A stretch of DNA of 64,000 nt from Nitrospinales bacterium (GCA_965223795.1 CBDCXL010000002.1:2400001-2464000); one strand, 5' to 3'; counted from the first letter of the stretch, positions 1-11,666 are shown. Numbers and translations are program-made. The notes: a model not told the origin generated them from the sequence alone.

Positions 1-1
1 G

Positions 2-457
2 GTCGAACTGGTGCCGAACATCATCGCGGAGCTCAATCTCAAAGCCGGCAAGCATGTTAAAATCGTCCCCGATGAAGTCTGGAAGGAATTGATGGAATAC
101 GACTGGCCTGGCAACATCCGCGAACTGCGCAATGTGATCGAGCGCTGCGTGCTCCTAGCCAAGGATGAAGTGTTTCCAACACACTGGCTGCAGCTTAAGG
201 AATATTGCAGGCCCGTCGAAGAATCCTCTTCCTCCGACGGCGCTGAGGAAGACGGCTATTGCCATGTGGACGATAGAAGCCGCGTCACCATTCCACTGGA
301 TGGCTCCATGTCGCTGGAGGAAATGGACAAGCACATCATCCACACCGCTCTGGAAAAAAACGATTTCAATGTTATGGAAACCGCGCGCAGCCTGGGCACC
401 ACCCGCGAAACGCTGCGCTACCGCATGCAAAAGTACAACCTGAAAACCGCAAGCTAG
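2..457 (+). CDS. Sigma-54-dependent transcriptional activator (bEBP), C-terminal part; 5' end outside window
   Basis: YDWPGNIRELRNVIER AAA+ motif and C-terminal Fis-type HTH (NVMETARSLGTTRETLRYRMQKY). Confidence 0.93.
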   Translation, partial: VELVPNIIAELNLKAGKHVKIVPDEVWKELMEYDWPGNIRELRNVIERCVLLAKDEVFPTHWLQLKEYCRPVEESSSSDGAEEDGYCHVDDRSRVTIPLDGSMSLEEMDKHIIHTALEKNDFNVMETARSLGTTRETLRYRMQKYNLKTAS

Positions 458-617
458 TTCTTTCCCTTTTTCACCCTTCAGTTCCTCCCTAATAGCAAGC
501 CAGTGTTGGGCCCCACATTGGGGGATATGCCCCTTATCGGTGGATATCCACCTCCAAACGGACTGTCTGAAGTTTGATTATTTCACTGAGCCATTGAAAT
601 CTTATGCACTTCCGGCT

Positions 618-633
618 TGGCACCGATTCTGCA
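618..633 (+). promoter_or_regulatory. Sigma-54 (-24/-12) promoter
   Basis: TGGCACCGATTCTGCA with exact GG-N10-GC spacing, 33 bp upstream of the ORF at 667. Confidence 0.7.
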
Positions 634-666
634 AATATGTTTCAAACGGTAAGGGGGTGAGCGGCT

Positions 667-951
667 GTGAAGGATCGCAATGCGCTTATCAAAAAAATGG
701 ACACCAGGCTTGCATCCATCGATGCCGAGATCGAAAAAATAGACCGGTATTATGAGGATGAAGATGTTCCCAAGCCGGTGAGAAAAAAAATTCAGCAGTT
801 GGTCGACGCACGCAAAGACATCGCCGACCTGGTACAGCAACTGAAATGGGTAGCGGAAAATTCCTGGGATGAGCTGGAGGTTGGAGTGAACCGCAAATTC
901 GATGAATTGACCCAATCGATCGAAAGTCTGTCAAAGCAGCTGTCCCGTTGA
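667..951 (+). CDS. Small coiled-coil protein (sll1863-like stress protein type)
   Basis: Helical heptad pattern, ENSWDELEVGVNRKFDEL C-terminus, purine-rich RBS. Confidence 0.65.
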   Translation: MKDRNALIKKMDTRLASIDAEIEKIDRYYEDEDVPKPVRKKIQQLVDARKDIADLVQQLKWVAENSWDELEVGVNRKFDELTQSIESLSKQLSR

Positions 952-1012
952 CGATCACGGTCTGCCCATCCCGGAAAATCAAATCATTTCATTTTAGATA
1001 TTGAGGAGTTCC

Positions 1013-1435
1013 ATGGCCATCACGAAAGAAAAGCTGATCGAAGAGTTGAACAAGGATCTGGAATGGGAATACGCCGCGGCGATTCAGTACACCCAGCACG
1101 CATCCATGGTGAAAGGCGCCGGGTACCAGTCGATTCAGAAGGAGTTGCTGGTCCATTCCAATGAAGAAATGCAGCATGCCGCGAAAATTTCCGAGCAGAT
1201 CGAATTTTTAGGCGGCGTGCCCACCATCAAGATAGAAGAACGGAATATCGCCAAGGACAGCCTCGCCATGCTCAAGCAGGATCTGGAAGGAGAAGAAATC
1301 GCGATCAATCGCTATAGAGAAAGAATTGCCCAGGCGGAAGAATTGGGGGAATACGGTCTGCGGCGGATTCTGGAAGACATTCTGGTCCAGGAGGAGGAAC
1401 ACAAACGGGATTTGACGGATGTGATCGAAGAATAA
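1013..1435 (+). CDS. Ferritin-like / bacterioferritin-family protein
   Basis: Di-iron ligand pattern: LEWEY, EEMQHA, LEGEE, EEEH; RBS GAGGAG. Confidence 0.88.
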   Translation: MAITKEKLIEELNKDLEWEYAAAIQYTQHASMVKGAGYQSIQKELLVHSNEEMQHAAKISEQIEFLGGVPTIKIEERNIAKDSLAMLKQDLEGEEIAINRYRERIAQAEELGEYGLRRILEDILVQEEEHKRDLTDVIEE

Positions 1436-1499
1436 ACCGTTTGCCAACAAACCATCAACCGGAACTGCATCCGTTTCCATTCACAGAAAGGCAACCATC

Positions 1500-1664
1500 A
1501 TGATTTCATGGGCCGTTACATTTCTCGTCATCGCAATCATCGCCGGTGTTCTGGGGTTGTCCGGCATTGCCGGCACCGCCACGCAGATCGCCTGGATTCT
1601 GTTCGTCGTGGGTCTGATTCTGGCATTGGTATTCGGACTGCTGGGAAGACGCCCTCCGGTATAG
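1500..1664 (+). CDS. DUF1328 (UPF0391/YtjA-like) small membrane protein, 54 aa, absent from ORF track
   Basis: Hand translation [64 protein letters not shown]. Confidence 0.88.
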   Translation: MISWAVTFLVIAIIAGVLGLSGIAGTATQIAWILFVVGLILALVFGLLGRRPPV

Positions 1665-1909
1665 TTTCCGCGTATAGGTCGTGCTCAATCCGCCGTCCCT
1701 TGTCCCTGCGGATGCTCCTTTATGATTTGTTTCGCATGGAAAGGGCGGGGTCTGAGTATGAAATCCGGGAGGGCAACCTCGGGTCCGCATCGAAGTTTCC
1801 TCACCTCGGGACCCAAAAATCCATCCAGACTGCAAATCGATGCGGGTCTCGTGTTTTTGCACACGCCAGTGTGAAACACATATGACGAGATCAACATCAA
1901 TGCGGCGTT

Positions 1910-2479
1910 TTATCTTTTCATCAGGGATGTCTTTAAATCTTCCGACACAGGATCGGCGCCGATCCATTGCCCCAGCAACGCTTCGAACAATGCCGGACCG
2001 GGATCGGAAAATTTTTTTTCGCCGTTGAGATAAAATTCCGTTGCCTGTTCGGGGAGGTAGGTGAAGAACAGCACATCTCCCTTGTCCAGTTTGAAGAACT
2101 GTTTTTTAAACCGGCTGTACAGTTTGTCGGACACTTCGGGGCGGATGGCGTTCTCCCAGGGATCGGGCACTTCTCCGGGCATTTCGGAAGTCAGCACTTC
2201 GATGCGGATGCCCATCGGACGGTCGAGGTTTTGAATTGAGCCCACTTCACCTTCCTGCCCGGAATCCAGATACAACGCACATTGATACACGTCAAAAAAA
2301 GCATAATTGCGGACGCCATAAGAAAACAGCGACCAGTCCCGTCCTTCGATGCGGACCGTTTCCGGCGGATTTTCCTGAGCCGATAACGCGCCTGCCGAAA
2401 GAACAGGCAGTCCGAACAGGACAAAGGCCAATACAGGGCCGGATGAAAGGCATCCGCGAATGAAAAAGTGGAATTTCAT
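1910..2479 (-). CDS. Chalcone isomerase-like (Chalcone_3) exported protein; start uncertain
   Basis: GVRNYAFFDVYQCALY and LFEALLGQWIGADPVSEDLK motifs; signal-like N-terminus. Confidence 0.8.
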   Translation of the reverse strand: MKFHFFIRGCLSSGPVLAFVLFGLPVLSAGALSAQENPPETVRIEGRDWSLFSYGVRNYAFFDVYQCALYLDSGQEGEVGSIQNLDRPMGIRIEVLTSEMPGEVPDPWENAIRPEVSDKLYSRFKKQFFKLDKGDVLFFTYLPEQATEFYLNGEKKFSDPGPALFEALLGQWIGADPVSEDLKTSLMKR

Positions 2480-2685
2480 GCGCTCAAACTGAAAGCCATT
2501 TCGCTGCATTTTAGAACTTGCGGGATAGTCCTTCCTTTTTACCACAATCCCAGGGAATCAAATTAAATTTGTGCCGGGAAACCGGGAATTCGTTGCCTCA
2601 AAGAGGATGATTCGCGTTATCATCCTACGAATGACAACTGGATCCCCGAGAGTTTTTAACAAATGTATTTCCCGCTGTTCCGGCA

Positions 2686-3756
2686 ATGAGCATCACTAAA
2701 CTTGTCCTGATCGTTTTTTCCCTGCTGCCCATTTTCGCCAGCGTGATTCCACTTTCCGGAAACACACACTGGTCCGTGCGTGCCTTCGACTTCCCCCGCC
2801 TCCAGTTCGCGTTTCTGGGCCTGTTCGTGCTCGTGGTTTATGCGCTGTTTTATATCGACAGCACATGGGATTTCGCAATTGTGGCCGCGATGCTGCTGGC
2901 CATTGCACGGCAGATGTATCTGATCTTTCCCTACACCCCGCTTGCCGCAAAAGAGGTGCTGGACACACAAAAACCGCACCCGGACAACACCCTGGGTCTC
3001 GTCGTGGCGAACGTGCTGAAACCCAACCGCAACGTGCAGGGACTGCTGCAAAGCATCCGCAAAATCGACCCCGACATCATCCTGACGCTGGAAACGGACG
3101 AGTGGTGGGAAACTCAATTGCAGGTTCTTGAAAAAGACTACCCGCATACCTTGAAATGCCCGCAGGAGAATCTCTACGGCATGCTTCTCTATTCCCGTTT
3201 TGAGATTGAAGATCCGCAAATCCGTTTTCTGGTTGAAGACGATGTGCCCTCCATGCATTGTATTGTGCGTCTGCGCTCGGGACATCCCATCGATCTGCGT
3301 TGCCTGCATCCGGCACCTCCCAGTCCCACGGAAAACACGGAGTCCAGGGAACGGGATGCGGAACTGCTTCTCGTGGGCAAAGCGGTTGCCGCCCATAAAG
3401 GTTCCGTGATCGTGACCGGAGACCTGAACGACGTTGCCTGGTCCAGGACCACCACCCTGTTTAAAAAAATCAGCGGGCTGCTGGACCCGCGCATCGGCAG
3501 GGGCATGTACAGCACCTACAACGCCAAATACCGGTTCATGCGCTGGCCGTTGGACCATCTTTTTCACAGCAACGATTTCACGCTCATGTCGATCGGCACA
3601 CTGCCGTATTTTGGTTCCGATCATTTTCCCATCCACGTGACCCTGCATCACGAGCCCGCTAAAAAAACCGAACAGCCTGCACCCGAATCGGATGAAAAGG
3701 ACGAACAACTTGCGCAGGAAAAAATCGAACAGGGAAACGGCGAGCAGCTGCTCTAA
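2686..3756 (+). CDS. Endonuclease/exonuclease/phosphatase family protein with N-terminal membrane helices
   Basis: ANVL, TGDLND, LDHLF, GSDHFPI motifs. Confidence 0.9.
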   Translation: MSITKLVLIVFSLLPIFASVIPLSGNTHWSVRAFDFPRLQFAFLGLFVLVVYALFYIDSTWDFAIVAAMLLAIARQMYLIFPYTPLAAKEVLDTQKPHPDNTLGLVVANVLKPNRNVQGLLQSIRKIDPDIILTLETDEWWETQLQVLEKDYPHTLKCPQENLYGMLLYSRFEIEDPQIRFLVEDDVPSMHCIVRLRSGHPIDLRCLHPAPPSPTENTESRERDAELLLVGKAVAAHKGSVIVTGDLNDVAWSRTTTLFKKISGLLDPRIGRGMYSTYNAKYRFMRWPLDHLFHSNDFTLMSIGTLPYFGSDHFPIHVTLHHEPAKKTEQPAPESDEKDEQLAQEKIEQGNGEQLL

Positions 3757-3898
3757 ATATCCGGCCTCACTCCATCGATGAGTGAAAAAAAAGGGATATT
3801 CCAGCGGCATAAAATCGATGCGATTCAGAACTTTTAAACCTGAACATCATCCTAATTTGTAACTTGAAAAATTTATGAGCTAAACCGGGAGAATAAAG

Positions 3899-5410
3899 GT
3901 GGGAAACTCAACGGGAACGGTGGATGCGCTCAACCCCATACGCCCGCAATTCAACTTCGACAACAGCTTCGCCCGCACCTTTGAAGGCTTTTATGTGCCC
4001 TGCCAGGCAGACCCGGCGGCCGCCCCGAAACTGCTGCTGCTCAACCATGCCCTGGCCGAAGAGCTTGGCCTCGATCCGGCGGCGCTCGATTCAGAAGCAG
4101 GGCTGGCGATCTTCTCCGGCAATGCGACGCCTGATGGGGCGGAACCCCTGGCCCAGGCTTATGCCGGACACCAGTTTGGCGGGTTCGCGCCGCAACTGGG
4201 GGATGGACGCGCGCTTCTCCTCGGCGAGGTGATCGACACCAAAAATCGACGCCGCGATATCCAGCTCAAAGGATCCGGTCCGACCCCGTTCTCCCGCGGT
4301 GGAGACGGCAAGTCGTCACTTGGCCCGGTGCTGCGCGAATACCTGATCGGAGAGAGCATGCACGCGCTCGGCATCCCGACGACACGCGCCCTGGCGGCCG
4401 TCACCACCGGCGAGGAAGTTTATCGGGAAACCGCTCTGCCCGGTGCGGTGCTCACCCGTGTGGCGGCCAGCCACATCCGCATCGGCACCTTCCAGTTTTT
4501 CGCGACGCATGGCGGCGCCGACAAGGTTCGCGAACTCGCCGATTATTGCATTGCACGGCATTACCCCGCTGCCGCCGAAGCGGAAAATCCTTATCTGGCA
4601 TTCTTCGCGGCCGTGTCCGATGCGCAGGCGGCCATGGTGGCGGGCTGGATGAATGCCGGTTTCATCCACGGGGTGATGAACACCGACAATATGGCGATCT
4701 CCGGGGAGACGATGGATTACGGGCCCTGCGCCTTCATGGATGCGTATGATCCGGGCACGGTGTTCAGCTCGATCGACCGCCACGGCCGCTACGCCTATGG
4801 AAACCAGCCGGAAATCCTGCCCTGGAACCTCACCCGGTTGGCGGAAACGCTGGTCCCGCTTGTCGATCCGGACCAGGACCGGGCCATCCAGTTGCTGACA
4901 GATTCGATCCACAGGATCAAACCTCTCTATGAGGGACACTGGCTGGCCGGAATGCGCTGCAAGATCGGATTGTCGACGGAAGATCCTCACGATGGCGATC
5001 TGATCGACGATCTTTTGTGGGTGATGAAAGATGGACAAGCGGATTTCACCCTTTTCTTCCGCCGGCTCTCTCAAGTCTTGCGCGGCGGCAGCGACGCGAT
5101 GGAAAACGTGCTTGAACAGACGGGCGCTTTCGACGTCTGGGCGCGGCGCTGGAAAAAGCGCCTCGAGCAGGAAGGCGTTTCTGTGGAGACCTGCGCGCAG
5201 GCAATGGACCGGGTCAACCCGATCTACATCCCCCGCAACCATAAGGTCGAAGAGGCCCTTGCCGCCGCGGTCGATCGGCAGGACATGACACCCTTCACGG
5301 AACTGCTCTCCGTTTTAAGCCACCCCTTCGACGAGGTCGCCGGAAACGAAGCCTATGCCGAGGCGGCACCGGCAACGGACGTGCCCTACAGGACGTTCTG
5401 CGGAACCTGA
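3899..5410 (+). CDS. selO: Protein adenylyltransferase SelO/YdiU
   Basis: YAGHQFG, LGDGR, QLKGSGPTPFSRGGDG, HGVMNTDN, DYGPCAF, C-terminal TFCGT. Confidence 0.95.
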   Translation: MGNSTGTVDALNPIRPQFNFDNSFARTFEGFYVPCQADPAAAPKLLLLNHALAEELGLDPAALDSEAGLAIFSGNATPDGAEPLAQAYAGHQFGGFAPQLGDGRALLLGEVIDTKNRRRDIQLKGSGPTPFSRGGDGKSSLGPVLREYLIGESMHALGIPTTRALAAVTTGEEVYRETALPGAVLTRVAASHIRIGTFQFFATHGGADKVRELADYCIARHYPAAAEAENPYLAFFAAVSDAQAAMVAGWMNAGFIHGVMNTDNMAISGETMDYGPCAFMDAYDPGTVFSSIDRHGRYAYGNQPEILPWNLTRLAETLVPLVDPDQDRAIQLLTDSIHRIKPLYEGHWLAGMRCKIGLSTEDPHDGDLIDDLLWVMKDGQADFTLFFRRLSQVLRGGSDAMENVLEQTGAFDVWARRWKKRLEQEGVSVETCAQAMDRVNPIYIPRNHKVEEALAAAVDRQDMTPFTELLSVLSHPFDEVAGNEAYAEAAPATDVPYRTFCGT

Positions 5411-5809
5411 CTGCCGATCCGAATGTGTTTCAATTTTCACCGATTGTTCACAACATCGTCATAAAACCTTCATAATATAAATGTAAGCTCATGGAGATCG
5501 CCGCCGGCGGCAATCCGGGCGGCGGAGTTCCCAGGCCGCCCTTTGACCGTAAACGGACCGGCCGCCGATGCGGGGTCTAACCGACGCAAAATCAATCTTT
5601 CGCCGCGGGCCTGCTGTCCGGCGGCGGGGCCGGATCGGAGAATGAACGATTCGGCCGCTAAAAATGGTACAATTCCCTAAACTGATTAAATGCCTGAATT
5701 GTTTGGTGCTGTATTCAGGATAACGGCCGGATCCTGAGAAACCGCGGCACACGGCAATCCTGCGATCCAGGCACATCGCAGCATCGGTACCGAACCTCGG
5801 TGTTCACCC

Positions 5810-7030
5810 ATGAGCCGGAAATCCCGCATCCTCAGAACAATCCTCGCGCTGCTTCTGCTGCTGGGCGTTTCCACCGTTCTCGGTCTGCTCATTTCAGAGC
5901 GTTTCGAAAAAGACAACGCCACCGCCGGCAATCCGGAAAAGGGAATCCAGAAAATCTCGGTGGAGGTGGCGCCCGTGATGCACGGACCGCTGGCCTTGAA
6001 GCGGACGTTCAGCGGCACGCTGGAATCTCCGGCGCAGTTCGTGGTGGCGCCGAAAGTGAACGGCCGCGTCGAACGGATCACGGTGCAGCTCTCCGACACG
6101 GTGAAGCGCGGGCAGGTGGTGGCGCAACTGGACGGTGAGGAGTTCGCCCAGGCGGTGCACATGGCCCAGGCCGATCTGGAAGTGGCGAAGGCCAATCTCG
6201 CCGAGGCGAAAAGCGCCTTCGACATCGCCAATCGGGAAATCGGGCGGATCGCCAAACTGCGCGGTTCCGGGATCATGTCCGAATCCCAGTACGACGCCGC
6301 CAAAGCCAAGCAGCTTGCCAAGAAAGCGGAACTCGATGTCGCGGTCGCAAGGTTGAGCCGCGCGCAGTCGGCGGTCAACACCGCGAAGATCCGGCTGGGC
6401 TACACGAAGGTGACGGCAAGCTGGAGCGGCGGCAGCGACCGCCGCACGGTCGCCGAACGCTACATCGATGAGGGCGAAACCGTTTCCGCCAACACCGCCA
6501 TTTTGAACATCGTCGAGCTGGACCCGATCCGAGCGGTGATTTTCGTGACGGAGCAGGACTACGCGCTGCTGAGCCGGGGGCAGGCGGCCACGGTCACCAC
6601 CGACGCTTATCCCGGCAAGACGTTCCAGGGCCGCATCGAGCGCATCGCGCCCCTGTTCAAACAGGAAACCCGGCAGGCCCGGGTCGAGTTGACCATCGCC
6701 AACAAATCCCTCAGGCTCAAACCGGGCATGTTCGTGCGGGTCGCCGTCGTTTTACAAAAAATCCCCCACACCGCGCACATTCCCGAGCAGGCCGTTCACG
6801 TCCGCAATGACAAAAAAGGCGTGTTTCTCGTCACGCCGGACGGCAGGTCGGTCACCTGGCGGGAAGTGAAGGTGGGAATCCGCAATGCAGGTCGCGTGCA
6901 GATCGAAGGTGACGGTATCGCGGGCCGGGTGGTCATTCTGGGGCAGCGCCTGCTGGATGAGGGATCGCCGATCAAGATCGTGGAAAGCCAGACGGGCCTG
7001 GTGTCCCTCGCACCCGCCGAATCCCCATGA
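5810..7030 (+). CDS. RND efflux periplasmic adaptor (membrane fusion protein)
   Basis: N-terminal TM, lipoyl-like halves around a helical hairpin, LKPGMFVRV; overlaps start of RND permease. Confidence 0.93.
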   Translation: MSRKSRILRTILALLLLLGVSTVLGLLISERFEKDNATAGNPEKGIQKISVEVAPVMHGPLALKRTFSGTLESPAQFVVAPKVNGRVERITVQLSDTVKRGQVVAQLDGEEFAQAVHMAQADLEVAKANLAEAKSAFDIANREIGRIAKLRGSGIMSESQYDAAKAKQLAKKAELDVAVARLSRAQSAVNTAKIRLGYTKVTASWSGGSDRRTVAERYIDEGETVSANTAILNIVELDPIRAVIFVTEQDYALLSRGQAATVTTDAYPGKTFQGRIERIAPLFKQETRQARVELTIANKSLRLKPGMFVRVAVVLQKIPHTAHIPEQAVHVRNDKKGVFLVTPDGRSVTWREVKVGIRNAGRVQIEGDGIAGRVVILGQRLLDEGSPIKIVESQTGLVSLAPAESP

Positions 7031-10000
7031 CCGTGACCGAAGCCAGCATCCGGCGGCCGGTGTTCACCGTGATGGTGACGCTCATGGTGCTGGTGCTGGG
7101 GCTGGTTTCGCTGGAGCAGCTCAAGATCGATCTTCTGCCGCGCATCGAACTTCCCACCGTTTCCATTCATACGGATTACGAAGGCGCCAGCCCCGAGGTG
7201 GTGGAGCGTCTGGTCACGCAGATCGTGGAAGAGATCGTGGCCACCGTACCGGGCGTCGAAGAAATCACCTCCGAATCCACCGAAGGGGAAAGCACGGTCC
7301 GCGCCAAATTCGTCTGGGGGACCGACATCGACACCGCCGCGGTCGACGTGCAGTCCATATTGCAGAACGAGATCACCGAACTGCCCGAGGACATCGTCCG
7401 GCCCCATATCCGCAAATACGACGTTGACAGTTTCCCGGTGGTGATCCTGGGCGTGTCGAGCCAGCTCGATCCCGTGGAACTGACGCAGATTCTGGAAGAC
7501 CAGATCCGCTACCGCTTCGCCCGCATCCCCGGCGTGGCGCAGGTCGATCCCTGGGGCGAATACCAGCGCGAGATCCGCATCGAACTCGACCCCTACCGCC
7601 TCAACGCGCTGGGCCTGCCTTTGGACAAGGTTCTCGATGCCATCCGCGATTCCAATCTGGATCTGCCCGCGGGCCGTATTGAAGAGGGCAAGTTCGAGGT
7701 GAGCGTCCGCGTGCCCGCCGAATTCACGAACCTCGACCAGATACGCAACACCGTGATCGAGCGGGGCAAGGACAGCGCCGTCACCATCCGCCAGATCGCC
7801 AAGGTCAAAGACACCTACGAGAAAAAGACCCGCATCATTCGCGTCAACGGCGACCGCGGCCTGCGCGTGGCGGTGCGCAAGCAGTCCGAAGCCAACACGG
7901 TGGAAGTCTCGAAAAATATCCTTAAGGAGATGGATGCGTTCAAGAAGGAGTTCCCCCAGGTCGAGATGATTCCGGTCAAAAACCAGGGCAACTTCATCGA
8001 ACGCTCGATCTCCAACGTGGCGCAGTCGGTGCTCTATGGAGGCGGGCTGGCGGTGCTGGTGCTGTTTTTGTTTCTGCGCGATCTGCGCAGCACCGTGGTC
8101 ATCTCGCTGGCCATTCCCATTTCGGTGGTCGCCACGTTCGCGCTGCTGTATTTCTCCGGCTTCACCCTCAACCTGATGACCCTGGGCGGGCTGGCGCTGG
8201 GGGTGGGCATGATGGTGGACAGCTCCGTCGTCGTGGTGGAGAACATCTTCCGCCATTATCAGGAGGACCGCGAATCGCCGCACACGGCCGCGGTCAAAGG
8301 GACCAAAGAAGTGGCGTCGGCCATCATCGCCAGCACCATCACGACGATGGTGATCTTTCTGCCGCTGATCTATGTGCAGGGTGTTTCCGGGGTGCTGTTC
8401 AAGGAACTGGCCTACGTTGTGATGTTCTCGCTGTTCTGTTCGCTGCTGGTCTCCCTGACGCTGGCGCCCATGCTGGCTTCCCGGCTCGCCCAGAAGCAAA
8501 CGCAACGCACCGGGAATGCTGTGATGGAGGCGGGTGACCCGCACGCCCGCAACCGCGGTGGCCTGTTCCGCGAATTCGAATACGGCTACCGCGACCTGCT
8601 GCGCTGGGTGCTGCGCCACCGTTTTCTTACCGTCACCGTTTCGGTGGCCCTGTTCATCGGAAGCCTGATGCTGATACCGCACATCGGCACGGAATTTCTG
8701 CCTCCCAGCGACGAAGGCGAGGTGCGGGTGATCGGGGAAATGGAAGTGGGGACGCGCCTCGACCGGGTGGACCGGCAGACGCGCATTCTGGAAGACATCG
8801 TGTTCGCGTCGGTGCCTGAAAAAGTATCCTCGATCACCAGTGCGGTGACCGCCAGCCGCAGAGCCGGCGGCGCGTCCCAGGGCGAGATCCGCTTGCGGCT
8901 CACGCCTTCCGCAGAACGGGAGCGCTCCAACAAACGGATCGCCGAGGAGCTGCGCCCCGTCGTGGAAAACAGCGTCCCCGGCATGAAGATCAAGACGCGC
9001 GCGCCGCAGGGCCAGTTCCTGCTGGAACGGCTGCTCGCCAGCGAGGAGGGCGTGATCGTGGAAATCCGCGGGTTCGACCTGGACACGCTGGACCTGCTGT
9101 CCGAACGCGTGGCCGCGGCCATTGCCGACGTGCCGGGCATCACCGACGTGGACATCAGCCGTCAGGCGGGAATCCCGCAGCAGAACATCAGCGTGGACCG
9201 GGCCAAGGTCTCCGACCTGGGGCTGAGTGTGCGCGACGTCACCGAAATCATCGAAACGGCGTTGACCGGCACGGATGTCGGCGAATACCGGCTGGAAGGC
9301 AACTCCCACCGCATCCTCGTGCAACTGGAAAACGCGGAGAAACGCACGCTGGGCGAGATCCTCGACCTGAAACTGGCGACCCCTTCCGGAGAGCTGGTGT
9401 CGCTGCGCAACGTGGTGGACACCTCCACCGACCGCGGGCCGGTTCTCATCGAACGCAAGGACCAGCAGCGTCAGGTGAGCATCGAGGCCAACGTGTCGGG
9501 GCGCGATCTCGGTTCGGTGGCGCGGGACGTGCAGGAACGGCTCGACCGGCTGCCGAGGCCGAACGGCTACGATCTGCGCGTCGCCGGAAACTTCGAGGAG
9601 CAGCAGAAGGCGTTCCGCCAGTTGATGGTGGCGCTGGTGCTGGCGCTGCTTCTGGTTTACATGGTGCTCGCCTCGCAGTACGAATCGCTGCGCGATCCGC
9701 TGGTGGTGATGGTCTCGGTGCCGCTGGCGGCGATCGGCGTGCTGCTCATGCTGTTTCTGACGTGGACGACCCTCAACCTGCAATCCTACATCGGCTGCAT
9801 CATGCTGGGCGGCATCGTCATCAACAACGCCATCCTGCTGGTGGACCAGGCCGGGCAGCTGCGCAGGAAAGACATGAACGTTCACGAGGCGCTGGCCGAA
9901 GCGGGACGCCGGCGGCTGCGGCCGATTCTGATGACCACGCTGACGACGATTCTGGCGCTGATGCCGCTGGCGTTCGGCGTCGGCGAAGGCGCCGACGCGC

Positions 10001-10152
10001 AGGCGCCGCTGGCGCGTGCGGTGATCGGCGGATTGGGCGCATCGACACTCATCACCCTGCTTTTGATCCCTGTGATCTATTCCTTCTTTCACCCGGAAAC
10101 GGAATTCCAGGCCGATCCGCTGGAGAGTCCCCGAGACTGGCGGCCTTCGTGA
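7027..10152 (+). CDS. RND efflux permease (AcrB/AcrD/AcrF family)
   Basis: 1041 aa; [38 protein letters not shown]. Confidence 0.96.
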   Translation: MTVTEASIRRPVFTVMVTLMVLVLGLVSLEQLKIDLLPRIELPTVSIHTDYEGASPEVVERLVTQIVEEIVATVPGVEEITSESTEGESTVRAKFVWGTDIDTAAVDVQSILQNEITELPEDIVRPHIRKYDVDSFPVVILGVSSQLDPVELTQILEDQIRYRFARIPGVAQVDPWGEYQREIRIELDPYRLNALGLPLDKVLDAIRDSNLDLPAGRIEEGKFEVSVRVPAEFTNLDQIRNTVIERGKDSAVTIRQIAKVKDTYEKKTRIIRVNGDRGLRVAVRKQSEANTVEVSKNILKEMDAFKKEFPQVEMIPVKNQGNFIERSISNVAQSVLYGGGLAVLVLFLFLRDLRSTVVISLAIPISVVATFALLYFSGFTLNLMTLGGLALGVGMMVDSSVVVVENIFRHYQEDRESPHTAAVKGTKEVASAIIASTITTMVIFLPLIYVQGVSGVLFKELAYVVMFSLFCSLLVSLTLAPMLASRLAQKQTQRTGNAVMEAGDPHARNRGGLFREFEYGYRDLLRWVLRHRFLTVTVSVALFIGSLMLIPHIGTEFLPPSDEGEVRVIGEMEVGTRLDRVDRQTRILEDIVFASVPEKVSSITSAVTASRRAGGASQGEIRLRLTPSAERERSNKRIAEELRPVVENSVPGMKIKTRAPQGQFLLERLLASEEGVIVEIRGFDLDTLDLLSERVAAAIADVPGITDVDISRQAGIPQQNISVDRAKVSDLGLSVRDVTEIIETALTGTDVGEYRLEGNSHRILVQLENAEKRTLGEILDLKLATPSGELVSLRNVVDTSTDRGPVLIERKDQQRQVSIEANVSGRDLGSVARDVQERLDRLPRPNGYDLRVAGNFEEQQKAFRQLMVALVLALLLVYMVLASQYESLRDPLVVMVSVPLAAIGVLLMLFLTWTTLNLQSYIGCIMLGGIVINNAILLVDQAGQLRRKDMNVHEALAEAGRRRLRPILMTTLTTILALMPLAFGVGEGADAQAPLARAVIGGLGASTLITLLLIPVIYSFFHPETEFQADPLESPRDWRPS

Positions 10153-10166
10153 CGTTTTAGATTGAG

Positions 10167-10952
10167 ATGAAACTATTTTGGGCTGCCGCTTTTGTCCTCT
10201 CATTATTATTTTCCACGTCCGTCTTTTCCAGTTCGCAGGAAACGCCCGAACGGACGTTCGTCTCGCCTTCCACAAACATGGAATTCGTATACCTTCCGGG
10301 CGGGTGCTACCAGATGGGATCGGAAAACGGGTTTCATTTTGAGCGGCCGGTGCACGAGGTGTGCGTCGATGCGTTTTACATCGCCCGCTACGAGGTGACG
10401 CAGCGTCAGTGGAAGGAAATCATGGGCAGCAATCCCTCGAAATTCCAGGGCGAGGACCATCCCGTGGACCGGGTCTCCTGGCTGGATGCGAGCGCCTTCA
10501 TCGAAAAACTGAACGAGCGGGAATCCGACACGCTGTACCGGCTGCCCACCGAAGCGGAGTGGGAGTACGCGGCGCGGGCGGGCACGACGACGGAATACTA
10601 CTGGGGGGATGAGGTCGACAACGACTACGTCTGGTACTACGGCACGTCCGAATTTCAGACGCATCCGGTCGGCACCAAGAAACCGAACCGGTTCGGTCTG
10701 TTCGACATGCTCGGGAACGTGTGGGAGTGGACGAGCGACTGGTTCAGCGCCGATTATTACAAGAAGAGCCCGAAAATGAATCCCCCCGGCCCGAAAAGCG
10801 GCAAATTCCGTGTGCGGCGGGGCGGCTCGTCAGCGAACCTGATCAGCCACATCCGTTCCGCCACCCGTTACCGGGGAAAGCTCGAGCGCAGGCACCACAT
10901 TCTGGGAATGCGTGTCGCCCGCACGGTGGTGAAACCCAAAGCCGGGAATTGA
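10167..10952 (+). CDS. SUMF1/formylglycine-generating-enzyme domain exported protein
   Basis: RLPTEAEWEYAARAG, PNRFGLFDMLGNVWEW, RRGGS; signal peptide. Confidence 0.92.
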   Translation: MKLFWAAAFVLSLLFSTSVFSSSQETPERTFVSPSTNMEFVYLPGGCYQMGSENGFHFERPVHEVCVDAFYIARYEVTQRQWKEIMGSNPSKFQGEDHPVDRVSWLDASAFIEKLNERESDTLYRLPTEAEWEYAARAGTTTEYYWGDEVDNDYVWYYGTSEFQTHPVGTKKPNRFGLFDMLGNVWEWTSDWFSADYYKKSPKMNPPGPKSGKFRVRRGGSSANLISHIRSATRYRGKLERRHHILGMRVARTVVKPKAGN

Positions 10953-11001
10953 TGCGTGCCGTTACCATGAACGGGCGGGAATGGAATTTGCCTGAATGAA
11001 T

Positions 11002-11385
11002 TTATTGTATTTCGTTTTCCTTGTTGCGCCGCATCCTGTTTAATTCCTGCAGGACTTCTTCCTTACTCAGCAATCCCTTTTTTTCGAGCAGCGCGTTCAC
11101 CGCCTGGATTTCGGTCCTGTTCGAAGCGGCCAGCTCTTCCAGGGCGGAAGTGGTTTTCTCCGATCTTTCCTGCATGGGTTTCGCCAGGATTTCACCCGCT
11201 TTCAGATCCAGAAAAAAACGGGTCATGCATTGCAGGCAGTCCCCGCGCATGTAATCTTTCGGCATGCCATCCTTCGTCTCCGGTTGAATCAGGACAACAT
11301 CACTCAAACACCTTGAACACTTGTGGGGGATGTGCCGTGCCATCTGCGGTTCCTTTATGCGATCGGGGTCAAAGTCTTTATACAT
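11002..11385 (-). CDS. Hypothetical protein with two CxxC pairs (Zn-ribbon-like) and C-terminal LLEKKGLLSKEE helix
   Basis: CSRC...CLQC; 127-aa ORF. Confidence 0.65.
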   Translation of the reverse strand: MYKDFDPDRIKEPQMARHIPHKCSRCLSDVVLIQPETKDGMPKDYMRGDCLQCMTRFFLDLKAGEILAKPMQERSEKTTSALEELAASNRTEIQAVNALLEKKGLLSKEEVLQELNRMRRNKENEIQ

Positions 11386-11501
11386 CTATCTACATTTTAC
11401 ACCGTAAATGCGGCCCAATGGCATCGCAACGCCGTATTTAGTATACTTCGCGGACGCATGTTTTTCCCTGTTGAATCCAATTTGAATGAGGAGCGATTCG
11501 T

Positions 11502-11666
11502 ATGCCCGATGACGGTGACAGCAAGCAGGTCGATTTTAAAGAAGTGGTGATTGCGTTGATGTTCCAGGTGGAGGTGCTGTTAAATTGCATGGTGGAAAAG
11601 GGGTTGATAACGCGAGAGGAATTTGCGAAACGCGTCGACCAGTTGAAGGAAAAACGGAATACCTGA
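11502..11666 (+). CDS. Small hypothetical protein, 54 aa, absent from ORF track
   Basis: RBS GAGGAG, then MPDDGDSKQVDFKEVVIALMFQVEVLLNCMVEKGLITREEFAKRVDQLKEKRNT. Confidence 0.7.
   Translation: MPDDGDSKQVDFKEVVIALMFQVEVLLNCMVEKGLITREEFAKRVDQLKEKRNT

Noticed and set aside
5390..5410. Selenocysteine read-through at the selO TGA
   Set aside because: The protein ends in the usual bacterial TFCGT with Cys; the TGA is an ordinary stop.
5560..5600. GGGTCTAA and GACGCAAA words reminiscent of a c-di-GMP-I riboswitch
   Set aside because: The words are in the wrong order, and there is no GGCAAAC/GAAA P1-P2 architecture.
6796..10275. Very long antisense ORFs (also 26204-29017, 48670-50874, 14485-16164, 21009-22610, 54639-56114)
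   Set aside because: Shadow frames of real genes in GC-rich codon usage, with no protein motifs.
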